A DNA stretch of 64,000 bases from Patescibacteria group bacterium (GTDB lineage Bacteria > Patescibacteriota > Minisyncoccia > Ryanbacterales > GWA2-47-10b). Under the pieces are notes generated by a model. That model worked only from the letters and a program-made list of their open reading frames with translations, did no database searches and was not told the origin of the DNA. Shown in pieces: positions 26,286 to 35,859 of the stretch. The stretch's first letter is position 1, and every line of letters begins with the position of its first letter. The stretch spans positions 6,562-70,561 of the forward strand of contig JBBTQY010000008.1 of the NCBI GenBank assembly GCA_038065475.1. The letters run 5' to 3'. The position numbers and the translations under genes are program-made.

Positions 26286-26975
26286 TCACGCGCCGAATCT
26301 TCGTTCACGGCTTTGAAAGTCCTTGATAGCATTTTCAAAATCATCGGGCGTAAAATCGGGCCAAAGCTTTTCCGTAAAATGAAGTTGTGCATCAGCGGTA
26401 TCCCACATCATAAAACCAGCGGACAGGTGCGGATCACCGCCCGTGCGGATGACGAGATCTACCGACGGCAAATCACGCGTCCAGAGATATTCTTTGGGCG
26501 AAGTAAATGGTTTGCCCGAAGCCACGGCCGCCTCAAATGCGCGCATCATCTCAGTTTTGCCGTCATAGCAAAGTAAAAGATTCATAATATGCTTTTTGCG
26601 ATCTTTAGTCTCTTCAATGACGCGCTCACCAGTCTCTACAAGTTTTTTGGGGAAAAGTGTGCGCCACTCACCCAAAATAGACACGCGCACATCATGCTCT
26701 TTGAGTCTTGGATTTTCGAGCGCGTCTAATAACGCCTTTGAGAAAGCTTCCAGCAAAAAATCCACCTCGGGTTTGGAGCGCTTTTTGATATTATCAACAC
26801 TCATCCCCCAAAACGACATGCAAAAAACATTGAGATCGAGTGCGCGATCAATAACTTTTTCATATGCGGTAATACCTTCTTTATGTCCGAGCCACGGGAA
26901 AAGCCCTCGTTCTTTGGCCCACCGACGATTGCCGTCAGGGATGATGGCTATATGCCCTACAGAATAATCCTGCAT
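26286..26975 (-). CDS. uppS: Undecaprenyl diphosphate synthase
   Basis: HIAIIPDGNRRWA, DLVIRTGG..LSAGF, R..RRFG. Confidence 0.95.
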   Translation of the reverse strand: MQDYSVGHIAIIPDGNRRWAKERGLFPWLGHKEGITAYEKVIDRALDLNVFCMSFWGMSVDNIKKRSKPEVDFLLEAFSKALLDALENPRLKEHDVRVSILGEWRTLFPKKLVETGERVIEETKDRKKHIMNLLLCYDGKTEMMRAFEAAVASGKPFTSPKEYLWTRDLPSVDLVIRTGGDPHLSAGFMMWDTADAQLHFTEKLWPDFTPDDFENAIKDFQSRERRFGA

Positions 26976-27053
26976 AATGTTTTCTAGTATACCGAGATAA
27001 CGCTTTAGAGGGAAGATTGGTCAGCGACAAGAGTGGAATGATACAATAAATCT

Positions 27054-27218
27054 ATGAATAAAGATTTACTTGCGAGGGCTGCTACCATATTTTTTATTAT
27101 ACTAATAAGCCTCATATTTTGGTCAGGCATCGAACCTCTCAGGTCTATGCAAGGCCTAATAATGATAGGTTGGTACGCAATTCTATCTTTAGGACTCGCA
27201 ATAATAACTAAAAAATAA
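27054..27218 (+). CDS. 54-aa two-TM small membrane protein (not in ORF track)
   Basis: MNKDLLARAATIFFIILISLIFWSGIEPLRSMQGLIMIGWYAILSLGLAIITKK; TGATACAAT-6 nt-ATG leaderless signature. Confidence 0.65.
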   Translation: MNKDLLARAATIFFIILISLIFWSGIEPLRSMQGLIMIGWYAILSLGLAIITKK

Positions 27219-27260
27219 AGCTTGAAAACTGCAAGCAAGATGCTACTCTAGGTCCCACAT

Positions 27261-27332
27261 GGCCCTATCGTCTAATGGTTAGGACAGCGCTCTTTCAAGG
27301 CGTAAATCCGGGTTCGATTCCCGGTGGGGCCG
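27261..27332 (+). tRNA. tRNA-Glu(TTC)
   Basis: GGCCCTA/TGGGGCC acceptor, GCGCT-CTTTCAA-GGCGT, GGTTCGATTCC. Confidence 0.95.
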
Positions 27333-27367
27333 CTTATAAAAAATAATACGCGTGGTACACTGCTCTT

Positions 27368-27592
27368 ATGGAACAACTTCCTCAAAACCAAGAAATCGGC
27401 GAGCGAGAACTTCGCCTGAAGCCTGGCATAGAAGTCCGTGATGCGGACGGAAAGATATGGACCATCTTTGGTTATAGTGAAGAAAAAGATGAATATCTCC
27501 TTATCAAAGGAGAAGACGATAAACTCCAAGGCGAGGCTCAAGCAATGCAGCGTAAAAGAATTCCACGCACCGAGCTGGAAAGTCTCAACTAA
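27368..27592 (+). CDS. Small hypothetical protein
   Basis: 74 aa, TGGTACACT-6 nt-ATG. Confidence 0.65.
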   Translation: MEQLPQNQEIGERELRLKPGIEVRDADGKIWTIFGYSEEKDEYLLIKGEDDKLQGEAQAMQRKRIPRTELESLN

Positions 27593-27619
27593 ATGCTCTA
27601 GAATAAACGCGTTGTTTTT

Positions 27620-27694
27620 GCGCGATTAGCTCAGTGGTAGAGCGTCACATTGACATTGTGAAGGCCGCAGGTTCGATCCCTGCATCGCGCACCA
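27620..27694 (+). tRNA. tRNA-Val(GAC)
   Basis: GCGCGAT/ATCGCGC, TCACA-TTGACAT-TGTGA, encoded CCA. Confidence 0.95.
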
Positions 27695-27695
27695 A

Positions 27696-28757
27696 ATGGG
27701 AAAAAACCAAAACCTCACCATCCTCGGTATTGAAACCTCTTGCGATGAAACGGCTATCGCGGTTCTTGATGCATCGGGTGGACTTGCTTCTCCCAAGTTT
27801 CGCGTGCGGGCAAATATCGTCTCCTCGCAAATCAAACTGCATGCGCCTTACGGCGGCGTGGTACCCAATCTTGCCAAGCGCGAGCATATTCGTAACCTAC
27901 CCATTATCCTTGAGCAAGCGCTTCGCAAAGCCGGTATCGGTGATCCGCAAAAAGAAATTGATGCGATAGCGGTCACCGTAGGCCCCGGCCTTGAACCCGC
28001 ACTCTGGACGGGTATTACATTTACTCAAAAATTGGCCGAAGAGTGGAAATTGCCCGTAGTCGCCGCCAATCATATGGAAGGGCATTTGGTAACGCCGCTT
28101 TTAAATACACGAGTTACTAGCGTATCCTTCCCCGCAATCGCACTTTTGGTATCAGGAGGACATACCGAAATCGTACTCGTAAAATCGTGGAGCAAGTATG
28201 AAGTGTTGGGTGAAACGGTAGATGATGCCGCGGGTGAAGCGTTTGATAAAGTAGCGCGCATGCTCGAACTCCCCTACCCAGGAGGACCTGAGGTAAGTCG
28301 TCTCGCACGTACCGGCAATCGCTATGGCTTTTCATTCCCCCGCCCCATGCTGCAACAAAAAAATTATAATTTTAGTTTTTCGGGGCTCAAGACCGCCGTC
28401 CTCTATCAGCTGCGCGATCTTGTAGCGACAAAAACACCATTTAGCAAAAATGATATCGCCGCATCATTTGAAGATGCAGTTATCGATGTACTCATGCTCA
28501 AGACCATGCGTGCGGCCGCCGAATACGGTGCACCCTCGATCATCATCGGCGGAGGAGTTGCAGCAAACGCACACCTCAGGGCGCGCATGCGCGATGCGGT
28601 CAAAAAAGAAAAGCAGGGCCGTGCACTCTATTTGGCACCTCTTTCGATGACGGGAGATAACGCGGCAATGATCGCGGCGTCCGCCTATTTTCATGCGATT
28701 CGTGACGATTTCGCCAACTGGAAAAAGCTCGAAGCGCATGCTACGCTCCCTCTATAA
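27696..28757 (+). CDS. tsaD: tRNA threonylcarbamoyltransferase TsaD
   Basis: ILGIETSCDET, HMEGH, LVSGGHT, DDAAGEAFDK, DNAAMIA. Confidence 0.97.
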   Translation: MGKNQNLTILGIETSCDETAIAVLDASGGLASPKFRVRANIVSSQIKLHAPYGGVVPNLAKREHIRNLPIILEQALRKAGIGDPQKEIDAIAVTVGPGLEPALWTGITFTQKLAEEWKLPVVAANHMEGHLVTPLLNTRVTSVSFPAIALLVSGGHTEIVLVKSWSKYEVLGETVDDAAGEAFDKVARMLELPYPGGPEVSRLARTGNRYGFSFPRPMLQQKNYNFSFSGLKTAVLYQLRDLVATKTPFSKNDIAASFEDAVIDVLMLKTMRAAAEYGAPSIIIGGGVAANAHLRARMRDAVKKEKQGRALYLAPLSMTGDNAAMIAASAYFHAIRDDFANWKKLEAHATLPL

Positions 28758-28768
28758 TCAAAGCGCAA

Positions 28769-28837
28769 ATGAATCCCGTTAGAAATCTAGATACTCGGGA
28801 TTCATGATACATTATTCTCTATAATTTCTAACGGGAT
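28769..28837. repeat. Overlapping inverted repeats upstream of valS
   Basis: ATCCCGTTAGAAAT (28773-86)/ATTTCTAACGGGAT (28824-37) and ATGAATCCCG (28769-78)/CGGGATTCAT (28796-805). Confidence 0.75.
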
Positions 28838-30998
28838 GAAACTCGAAGACCTCCCAAAAAGCTACGAAGCTGAAGCACACGAAGACGACATCTTTCGCCT
28901 CTGGGAATCCTCAGGGTTTTTTAATCCTGATACGCTTCCTGATGCTGCATCGCGAAAACCTTTCTCTATCATGATGGCGCCTCCGAACATCACGGGGCAC
29001 ATCCATGTAGGCCACGCACTCGAAAACATTATCTCTGACATCATCATCCGCCGAAAACGCGCGGAAGGTTTCCGTCCCCTCTTTTTGCCTGGCAAAGATC
29101 ACGCAGGTATTGCCGGCCAGTACGCAGTAGAGAAAGAACTGAAAAAAGAAGGAATTACCCGCCATGCACTTGGCCGCGAAAAATTTGTCGAGCGCGTATG
29201 GGAATATATGCGCGAGATCGGCTCAAATATTGACCAGGAGCTCAAACATCTGGGTATTTCCGCTGACTGGTCACGCGCACGCTTCACCATGGATGAAGGC
29301 TATCAGCATGCCGTTGAGCAAGTTTTTTTGCATTACCACGAAAAAGGCTACATCTACCGCGGCAAACGCGTAGTCAATTGGTGCTCGCGGTGCCAAAGTA
29401 CTATCTCTGATCTCGAGATGGTCTATAAAGAAGAAAAGGGTAAACTCTATTTCATCCAATACGGCCCTGTCGTCATTGCGACAACGCGCCCTGAAACCAA
29501 GCTTGGTGATACCGCGCTCGCGGTAAATCCCAAAGATGAACGCTACAAAGACCATGTGGGCAAAACAATCACTATCGAATCAGTCGACCCTGATACAAAG
29601 GCTGGCAAATCGCCACGCAAAAAAGAATACGCGTTGCCCGTCGTAGCAGACGAGGCTGCCGACATGTCATTTGGATCGGGCATCATCAAAGTCACGCCCG
29701 CACACGATCTTACCGACTATGATATCGGTCAGCGCCACCCTGAGATAGAAATACGTGAGATTATCGGTATTGATGGACGTATGACGGAAGCGGCAGGCAT
29801 CAGGTATGCGGGTATGAAAGTAGCAGAAGCTCGTGAGGCGATCGTCAAAGACCTCGAAGAACTTGGGCTGTTGGTAAAAATAGAAGATCTCGATCATTCC
29901 GTGGGTGTCTGCGAACGCTGTGAGACTGTCATTGAGCCACTTTTATCTGATCAGTGGTTTGTAAAGATGGATAAGCTCGCTGATAAAGCGCGTAAAGCGA
30001 TCGAGAAAAATAAAGTTACGTTTGTGCCACCCAACCGAAAAGACATGATGCTTGATTGGGCGGCAAACCTGCGTGATTGGAATATTTCACGTCAACTCTG
30101 GTGGGGTCACCGCATTCCTGCTTGGCGCTGTGAGTGTAAAGAAAACGAAGAATGGCATGTGGGACTCGTGCCCCCGACAGACTCTTGCCGCAAGTGCAAA
30201 AAACCATGGAGGCAGACTGAAGATGTACTCGATACTTGGTTTTCCTCAGCACTCTGGCCGTTTGTGACACTTCACTGGCCCGACGAGACCGATGATCTCA
30301 AAGATTACTACCCTACTGCTCTCATTTCCTCCGCGCGTGAGATTTTTTATCTTTGGATTTTCCGTATGCTTTTCTCGGGCCTTGAATTTATGGACGAGGT
30401 ACCTTTTAAAACAATCTACACCCATCCAACTATCCTCGATAAAAGCGGCCGCAAGATGTCAAAATCAAAAGGCAATGTCGTCGATCCGATGAAACTTACC
30501 GACACCTACGGTATTGATGCCACGCGTTTTGGTCTTATTTGGCAAGCTATGGGCACTCAAGATATTCATTGGACGGAAGACCCTCTGCGTGCAGGCAAAA
30601 AATTTCTCAACAAACTTTGGAATTCATCACGCTTCATCATGGTACAGATCGGTACCGAACCCCGAGACTACAGGCGGCCAAAACCGAAAGATGAGGCTTC
30701 AAAAAAAGTACTCGAGGCGTGCGACAAGATGGAAAAGGCTGTCGCCGATTCAATCGCTTCATTTGAGTTTGGTCAGGGACTTCACGCGGCCTATGATTTT
30801 TTCTGGAATGATTTTTGTGCAGTCTATATTGAAGAAGCAAAGAAAAATCCGACGCGCGAGACACGCGACACACTCTTTTATGTACTTACTACTTCTCTTA
30901 AAAATCTTCATCCCTTTATTCCATTTATCACCGAATATATTTGGGATCTTCTTCCACACGCAGAAAAGCGCCTTTTGATCGCAGAAAGGTTACAATAA
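28836..30998 (+). CDS. valS: Valine--tRNA ligase (lacks C-terminal coiled coil)
   Basis: PPNITGHIHVGHA, DWNISRQLWWGHRIP, DTWFSS, KMSKS. Confidence 0.97.
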   Translation: MKLEDLPKSYEAEAHEDDIFRLWESSGFFNPDTLPDAASRKPFSIMMAPPNITGHIHVGHALENIISDIIIRRKRAEGFRPLFLPGKDHAGIAGQYAVEKELKKEGITRHALGREKFVERVWEYMREIGSNIDQELKHLGISADWSRARFTMDEGYQHAVEQVFLHYHEKGYIYRGKRVVNWCSRCQSTISDLEMVYKEEKGKLYFIQYGPVVIATTRPETKLGDTALAVNPKDERYKDHVGKTITIESVDPDTKAGKSPRKKEYALPVVADEAADMSFGSGIIKVTPAHDLTDYDIGQRHPEIEIREIIGIDGRMTEAAGIRYAGMKVAEAREAIVKDLEELGLLVKIEDLDHSVGVCERCETVIEPLLSDQWFVKMDKLADKARKAIEKNKVTFVPPNRKDMMLDWAANLRDWNISRQLWWGHRIPAWRCECKENEEWHVGLVPPTDSCRKCKKPWRQTEDVLDTWFSSALWPFVTLHWPDETDDLKDYYPTALISSAREIFYLWIFRMLFSGLEFMDEVPFKTIYTHPTILDKSGRKMSKSKGNVVDPMKLTDTYGIDATRFGLIWQAMGTQDIHWTEDPLRAGKKFLNKLWNSSRFIMVQIGTEPRDYRRPKPKDEASKKVLEACDKMEKAVADSIASFEFGQGLHAAYDFFWNDFCAVYIEEAKKNPTRETRDTLFYVLTTSLKNLHPFIPFITEYIWDLLPHAEKRLLIAERLQ

Positions 30999-31002
30999 CT
31001 GC

Positions 31003-31800
31003 ATGATTGACTGGTTAGCTCAAGCACTCAAACCAGTAGAGAGCTTAAACCTTGAACCACTCGCCTGGGCATTTGCCGCAGGGTTTCTCGCCGCGTTTGT
31101 CTGGCTTTGGTTTTGGCTTAAAGAAGACGAGTCACCCGAACCGCGGCGACTCATTATTCTTGCCTTTGTGGGTGGCATGCTTGCAATTCCGTTGGCACTC
31201 GTCATGCAATGCTCATGGCTTTCCGGGGTGCTCGATTATATAGGGTATTCGGACACTGATTGCACTCGAGGCGTACCATCAGACATATCGGGCAACATAA
31301 GCCTTATCTTACTCATTGGCTTTGCCGCAATCGAAGAGTTTGTGAAATATTTTGTGGTACTTGTGCTCATCTTCTGGCGCCGTGAATATGATGAGCCAGC
31401 GGACGCCATGATCTATCTCATTACTGCCGCCCTTGGCTTCGCGGCTGTGGAAAATGCCTTTTATCTCTGGAATCCATTTCAGACAGCAATCCTACACGGG
31501 TTTACAACCGCCAACCTCAGATTTCTGGGTCCCACCCTACTCCACACCCTTTCGTCAGGTATTTTCGGCTATTTTATCGCAAAAGGGTTCCTCTCAACCT
31601 GGTTTCGAGAGGAATTTGATGCCGTTTTAGGGTTTTTGGCGGCAACTGTGTTGCACTCGCTCTTTAATGTTTTTATACTTAGGTCAGAAGGGCACAGGAT
31701 CGAGCCCGCTCTGCTCTTGCTGATTGCGTCTGGTATTTTTATCCTCTTTTCGTTTGAGCGGATTAAGCATACAATTAGAAAATATTATGCCAAAAGATAG
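31003..31800 (+). CDS. PrsW-family intramembrane glutamic protease
   Basis: EP, IEEFVK, GFAAVEN, LHTL, LHSLFN. Confidence 0.9.
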   Translation: MIDWLAQALKPVESLNLEPLAWAFAAGFLAAFVWLWFWLKEDESPEPRRLIILAFVGGMLAIPLALVMQCSWLSGVLDYIGYSDTDCTRGVPSDISGNISLILLIGFAAIEEFVKYFVVLVLIFWRREYDEPADAMIYLITAALGFAAVENAFYLWNPFQTAILHGFTTANLRFLGPTLLHTLSSGIFGYFIAKGFLSTWFREEFDAVLGFLAATVLHSLFNVFILRSEGHRIEPALLLLIASGIFILFSFERIKHTIRKYYAKR

Positions 31801-32317
31801 AAGATCATTTTTTGAACGCCTGACAGGTTCTGTCTCGGCGCCACAACAATCAGAAGAATATTTCGACGAAGACGAAATCGAGACGGAGCCACAACCGCCC
31901 CGTGCTCATTTGGCTGTTACCCATACCAAGCCGCGCGCCAAGTCAGCGCCCATCAAAAAAGAAGAAGATTGGATGACACCTGAAGAAGAAGGTCAGCTTA
32001 CGGTTGATGTCTACCAAAAAGACGATGAGATTGTGATCCAGTCAACCGTTGCGGGCGTCCGCCCTGATGATTTGGATGTACAGATCACCCGTGAGATGGT
32101 AACCATTCGCGGCAAACGCGAACAAGCGCGTGAAATCGCACATGATGACTACTACTACCAGGAACTCTACTGGGGCAGCTTCTCACGCTCGATACTCCTC
32201 CCCTGCGAAATCGATGTAGATGGTGCAGAAGCCTCACTCAAAAATGGTTTGCTTACCGTGCACCTACCAAAACTCGACAAAAACCGCTCGGAGCGCATCA
32301 AAGTAAAAAACGAATAA
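31787..32317 (+). CDS. Hsp20/alpha-crystallin small heat-shock protein
   Basis: VDVYQ..AGV..G.R..ELYWGSFSRSILLP..NGLLTVHLPK. Confidence 0.93.
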   Translation: MPKDRRSFFERLTGSVSAPQQSEEYFDEDEIETEPQPPRAHLAVTHTKPRAKSAPIKKEEDWMTPEEEGQLTVDVYQKDDEIVIQSTVAGVRPDDLDVQITREMVTIRGKREQAREIAHDDYYYQELYWGSFSRSILLPCEIDVDGAEASLKNGLLTVHLPKLDKNRSERIKVKNE

Positions 32318-32363
32318 AAGCTACTAAAACAAAAAATCCCCGTACGGGGATTTTTTGTTTTTC

Positions 32364-32438
32364 TGGTGCCGCGGGGGTGAATCGAACACCCGACACGACG
32401 CTCTTCAGGCGTCTGCTCTACCACTGAGCTACCACGGC
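32364..32438 (-). tRNA. tRNA-Phe(GAA)
   Basis: GCCGTGG/CCGCGGC, GACGC-CTGAAGA-GCGTC, encoded CCA. Confidence 0.95.
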
Positions 32439-32488
32439 GTGTGTAGAGAGATAATACCAGATGGGCTATATATTTCAATAATCTTGAA

Positions 32489-32625
32489 GTGAGGGATTCA
32501 CTCGCCCCCACGGCTCGCCCGCGGATTTTGCGCTTGAACCGGTGGCGCGCAAATCCGTTCGAATCCCTTTCATCAATACAACAAATAGAAAAGCTCGGGC
32601 ACAAAACCCGAGCTTTTCTATTTGT
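32489..32625. repeat. tRNA-Val T-arm-derived palindromic remnant plus 19-bp perfect hairpin
   Basis: GTGAGGGATTC (32489) repeats 32631-32641; inverted GTTCGAATCCC at ~32557; ACAAATAGAAAAGCTCGGG/CCCGAGCTTTTCTATTTGT. Confidence 0.7.
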
Positions 32626-32696
32626 GCGCGGTGAGGGATTCGAACCCCCGACCTTTGCTGTGTAAAAGCACTGCTCTACCACTGAGCTAACCGCGC
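32625..32696 (-). tRNA. tRNA-Val(TAC)
   Basis: GCGCGGT/ACCGCGC, loop TTTACAC, GGTTCGAATCC. Confidence 0.93.
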
Positions 32697-32786
32697 GAGT
32701 TTACTTATTCTACACATTCTCATAAAAAAATAAACCCCGCCCACAACCGCCGTAATGGCGATTGCGGGTTGGGGTTTGTGCTACGT

Positions 32787-33185
32787 TCAGACGGCACCCT
32801 CCATCTCCTGGACGGAACCGAGGAGCCGCTCCCTCTCTTCGGGCTCGAGCTGGCAGGCGGGAATTTTTTCATAGCCCATCTGGCAGGCGAGATCGAGTGC
32901 TTCACGACGAGCCCTGTTATGCTTGTCATAGTTAAGCAAATCGCGCGTCAGATTGAGGCGAAGTTCGGTAGTCACGGTCATGATCCGCGCGACCACATCT
33001 GCGCGCGGGCCATTGTGAGGGATGCCGAACACTTCTTCGAATCTCTTTGCCGCAGCAGCATCCGCTGCCGCTTTCTTACTGCGGGTCTGCTCTCTACGAG
33101 AGCGTGACCTCTGCAGCACAGAGATGAGAAGAAGCGACGCACCCAGTGCGCCCATGACGATCTGCAAGACGTTTTGGTAGTCCAT
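32787..33185 (-). CDS. Orphan protein with N-terminal TM
   Basis: SD AGGAGG, TTGACC promoter, downstream hairpin plus T-run. Confidence 0.65.
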   Translation of the reverse strand: MDYQNVLQIVMGALGASLLLISVLQRSRSRREQTRSKKAAADAAAAKRFEEVFGIPHNGPRADVVARIMTVTTELRLNLTRDLLNYDKHNRARREALDLACQMGYEKIPACQLEPEERERLLGSVQEMEGAV

Positions 33186-33277
33186 CTGGCCCTCCTGGCT
33201 AAAGTGCTAATGTTTGATCCTCAAATATAATATACAATTATTGATATTTGGTCAAGCACTTGTGTACAAAACCCTTG

Positions 33278-33349
33278 TGTCCTCGGCAGGAATCGAACCT
33301 GCATCACCTCCTTCGGAGGGAGATATTCTATCCATTGAACCACGAGGAC
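33278..33349 (-). tRNA. tRNA-Arg(CCG)
   Basis: GTCCTCG/CGAGGAC, loop CTCCGAA, GGTTCGATTCC. Confidence 0.93.
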
Positions 33350-33356
33350 GTTTTAT

Positions 33357-33881
33357 TTATGTATGGCGATCAGCAACTACCGACGCGCCGTATGAATATG
33401 GCTTGATGACGGGTACAAAACCAAACCCGCGCACCATACCTGCAATGCCGTCGATAAATGACTTGGTAGGACCGTTGAGTCCCATATCGAGATGAATACA
33501 GCGAACCTCAAGCCGATCTTCCCAAAAGACTTCGTCACCTATCACCTCGCGCACCGTACTGCGAATCTCTTGCGCAAGGGTGATTGAGAAAAACGCCTCC
33601 TTCCAGATACGATCGCGAAGACCATGAAATTCTTGTGCGCTGCGCGTCCAAAAATAAATAGCGCCATTGCCAATTTTACGCACCACAATTGCCGTGACAA
33701 ACGCAGCGCTTCCACTCTCTGCCGCCTCTGAGTCACTTCCCACCACAATCTCATAGGTTGATTGCGGATCGAGCGCAATTTTGTCGCGAATACGCAACAC
33801 AACTTCGCGAAGAGAAAGTTGATCCCCCGCCTCTGAATGAAATATTTGCTCTGTGTTGTCAGATAAGGCTTTCTTGTACAT
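33357..33881 (-). CDS. RNase H-like YkuK-family protein
   Basis: IVVGSDSE, FVTAIVV, IHLDMG.NGPT, IKPYSYGASVVADRHT. Confidence 0.88.
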   Translation of the reverse strand: MYKKALSDNTEQIFHSEAGDQLSLREVVLRIRDKIALDPQSTYEIVVGSDSEAAESGSAAFVTAIVVRKIGNGAIYFWTRSAQEFHGLRDRIWKEAFFSITLAQEIRSTVREVIGDEVFWEDRLEVRCIHLDMGLNGPTKSFIDGIAGMVRGFGFVPVIKPYSYGASVVADRHT

Positions 33882-34440
33882 AAGCTTCCCTCTCGCGTGG
33901 TTTTATGTCAGACCAACGAACCGGTATGCGTATACGCCCCCGGTCGCGAGTGTCACCCAAGACAAACCCGCGCTCGCGGCCAAACTCGTAGAGGTCTCGA
34001 GTAAGCGTAACATCTTTTAGGCAATATTCCTTCACCTTGTCTTTGAGTCCGTCACGCCACCACCAAATGGCATCGAGCCCGTAGCCAATCTTGCCTACGC
34101 CGAGCGTTGCTCGCGTGAGGTTATCAAGAGAAAGTCTAAAGCCAGCAGACTTCTCAATATCTTCCATCAAATCGAGTACATGTAGCTTACCAAGATCAAT
34201 ACCGACATGTGGCTGCAACACTGGCAGGTCAAAATGGTTGATATTGAACCCAATGAGCAGACCTGAGTCTCTGAGCATTGGTTCAAGCTCGGAGAACTCA
34301 TGTTTTTCATAGGCATAGGCGCGCTTGGTGGTATAGGCATAGGTACCCACCACAGTTACGCCGAGCATTTGCATATTTTGCTTTCCTCCTACCTCTTTAA
34401 ATTCCTTTTCTGTTTCGATATCGAGTACGATTGTTTCCAT
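33859..34440 (-). CDS. DEDD/RNase H-like exonuclease domain protein (YprB-like)
   Basis: VLDIET, GFNINHFD, YCLKDV. Confidence 0.85.
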   Translation of the reverse strand: METIVLDIETEKEFKEVGGKQNMQMLGVTVVGTYAYTTKRAYAYEKHEFSELEPMLRDSGLLIGFNINHFDLPVLQPHVGIDLGKLHVLDLMEDIEKSAGFRLSLDNLTRATLGVGKIGYGLDAIWWWRDGLKDKVKEYCLKDVTLTRDLYEFGRERGFVLGDTRDRGRIRIPVRWSDIKPREREAYVQESLI

Positions 34441-34503
34441 AGGTGTGTATCTATTTTTATCATGCGGGGTGTTCGAGCGTCAAAACGCTGATATACTATT
34501 ACC

Positions 34504-35397
34504 ATGAATCAAGATGTGCTCTTACTCGCGGTCCTTGTTATCGGACTCATTGCAGTTGCGCACTTTACTACTATCGGCGGAGGCATCACTGGTGGAGTAC
34601 TCGCACCTCCGAACCCAAAAGCTGAGTTTGGTGTCATCCGCAGACAAGAATCTGTCGTGCGTGGACCAAGCACCTCACCTCCTCCTGGCGCCACCACTCC
34701 TCCACCCGTCACACCCCCGCCGCCTCCAACTCCGCAGCAAGACGTTCTTGCTCGCTCATTTTCGCTCTCGGCGCGCAATGCAAAATCACGTAATATCAAC
34801 GAAGAATATATAGAGATAATCTATTCGCCAGCAAAAAATGCCGCGCCCGTTGATATCAGTGACTGGATGGTAGGCGATAGCAAAGGCGAATCATATAAAC
34901 TTGGGGGGATCTCAATACTCCCCGGCTCCTCGTCGTTTGTAAACCAAGACCGGCTCGTGCTGCGCGGCACTTCACGCATCCATGTGGTAACCGGGCGCAG
35001 CCCTCTGGGGGAAAATTTTCGCATCAACAAATGCGCCCCTTACTTCTCACAATATAAAACATTCACGCCGCGCATCTCCGAATCTTGCCCGGTGCCATCA
35101 CGCGAGTCGGGGCAAGATGCATTGAGTGATACTTGCTATAAATATGTCAAAACACTATCTACTTGCCGTATACCTACCAATATCCCCCTCTTTCTTGATA
35201 ATACGTGCCGCGAATACATCACGCGTACAGCAAGCTACGATGCATGTGTAAAAAATCACAAAAATGATGCGGATTTTTATGGCGATGAATATTGGGTGTA
35301 TCTCAACCGCCCCGAACATATCTGGTCAGACGTGCGTGACTCAATAGTACTCAAAGACGCACGCGGATCGGTCATCAAGTCTATCTCATATCAGTAA
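34504..35397 (+). CDS. Membrane-anchored surface protein with Pro-rich linker and lamin-tail-like domain
   Basis: N-terminal TM, PPPGATTPPP linker, EYIEI..PVDISDW..IWSD..D...LKD..G, six Cys. Confidence 0.7.
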   Translation: MNQDVLLLAVLVIGLIAVAHFTTIGGGITGGVLAPPNPKAEFGVIRRQESVVRGPSTSPPPGATTPPPVTPPPPPTPQQDVLARSFSLSARNAKSRNINEEYIEIIYSPAKNAAPVDISDWMVGDSKGESYKLGGISILPGSSSFVNQDRLVLRGTSRIHVVTGRSPLGENFRINKCAPYFSQYKTFTPRISESCPVPSRESGQDALSDTCYKYVKTLSTCRIPTNIPLFLDNTCREYITRTASYDACVKNHKNDADFYGDEYWVYLNRPEHIWSDVRDSIVLKDARGSVIKSISYQ

Positions 35398-35857
35398 GGC
35401 GATAGAGCGCGATGCCGGCGGCAACTGATACGTTGAGTGATTCTTTTTTGCCTCGCATGGGAATGACGATGCTTGCATCAACCTTTTCTATAAGCGCGCC
35501 TGACAATCCTCGCACCTCATTGCCAACAATAAGCGCCAAAGGCTCACGCGGCGCAAACGATCGATAATCGACGGCGTCCGGCGTCTGCTCAAGTGCCACG
35601 ATATAAAAACCCTCTTTTTTAAGCTTTGCGATCAGACGCGAGATATCTGCAGTGCACTCCCATGCCACTGATTCTTCTGCGCCAAGCGCCGTCTTCGCAA
35701 TCTCTTTACGTACTCGCCCCATCTCATCGACAGGGCTCGGTGTATAGCCGGTCATATACACCTTGCTCACACCCGCACCATCAGCCGTACGCAATACGGA
35801 GCCTACATTGTGTAGGCTCCGTATATTGTGCAGAACTATGACAAGCTCCTCGTGCAC
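35381..35857 (-). CDS. TrmH/SpoU-family RNA methyltransferase
   Basis: NVGSVLRTA, GNEVRG, IPMRG.KESLNVSVAAGI. Confidence 0.93.
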   Translation of the reverse strand: MHEELVIVLHNIRSLHNVGSVLRTADGAGVSKVYMTGYTPSPVDEMGRVRKEIAKTALGAEESVAWECTADISRLIAKLKKEGFYIVALEQTPDAVDYRSFAPREPLALIVGNEVRGLSGALIEKVDASIVIPMRGKKESLNVSVAAGIALYRLTDMR

Positions 35858-35859
35858 GG

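Noticed and set aside
27005-27238. Minus-strand 77-aa ORF
   Set aside because: The plus-strand 54-aa TM ORF has the genome's leaderless promoter signature and is more plausible.
34670-34735. C-rich low-complexity tract
   Set aside because: Encodes an ordinary Pro/Thr linker of a surface protein.
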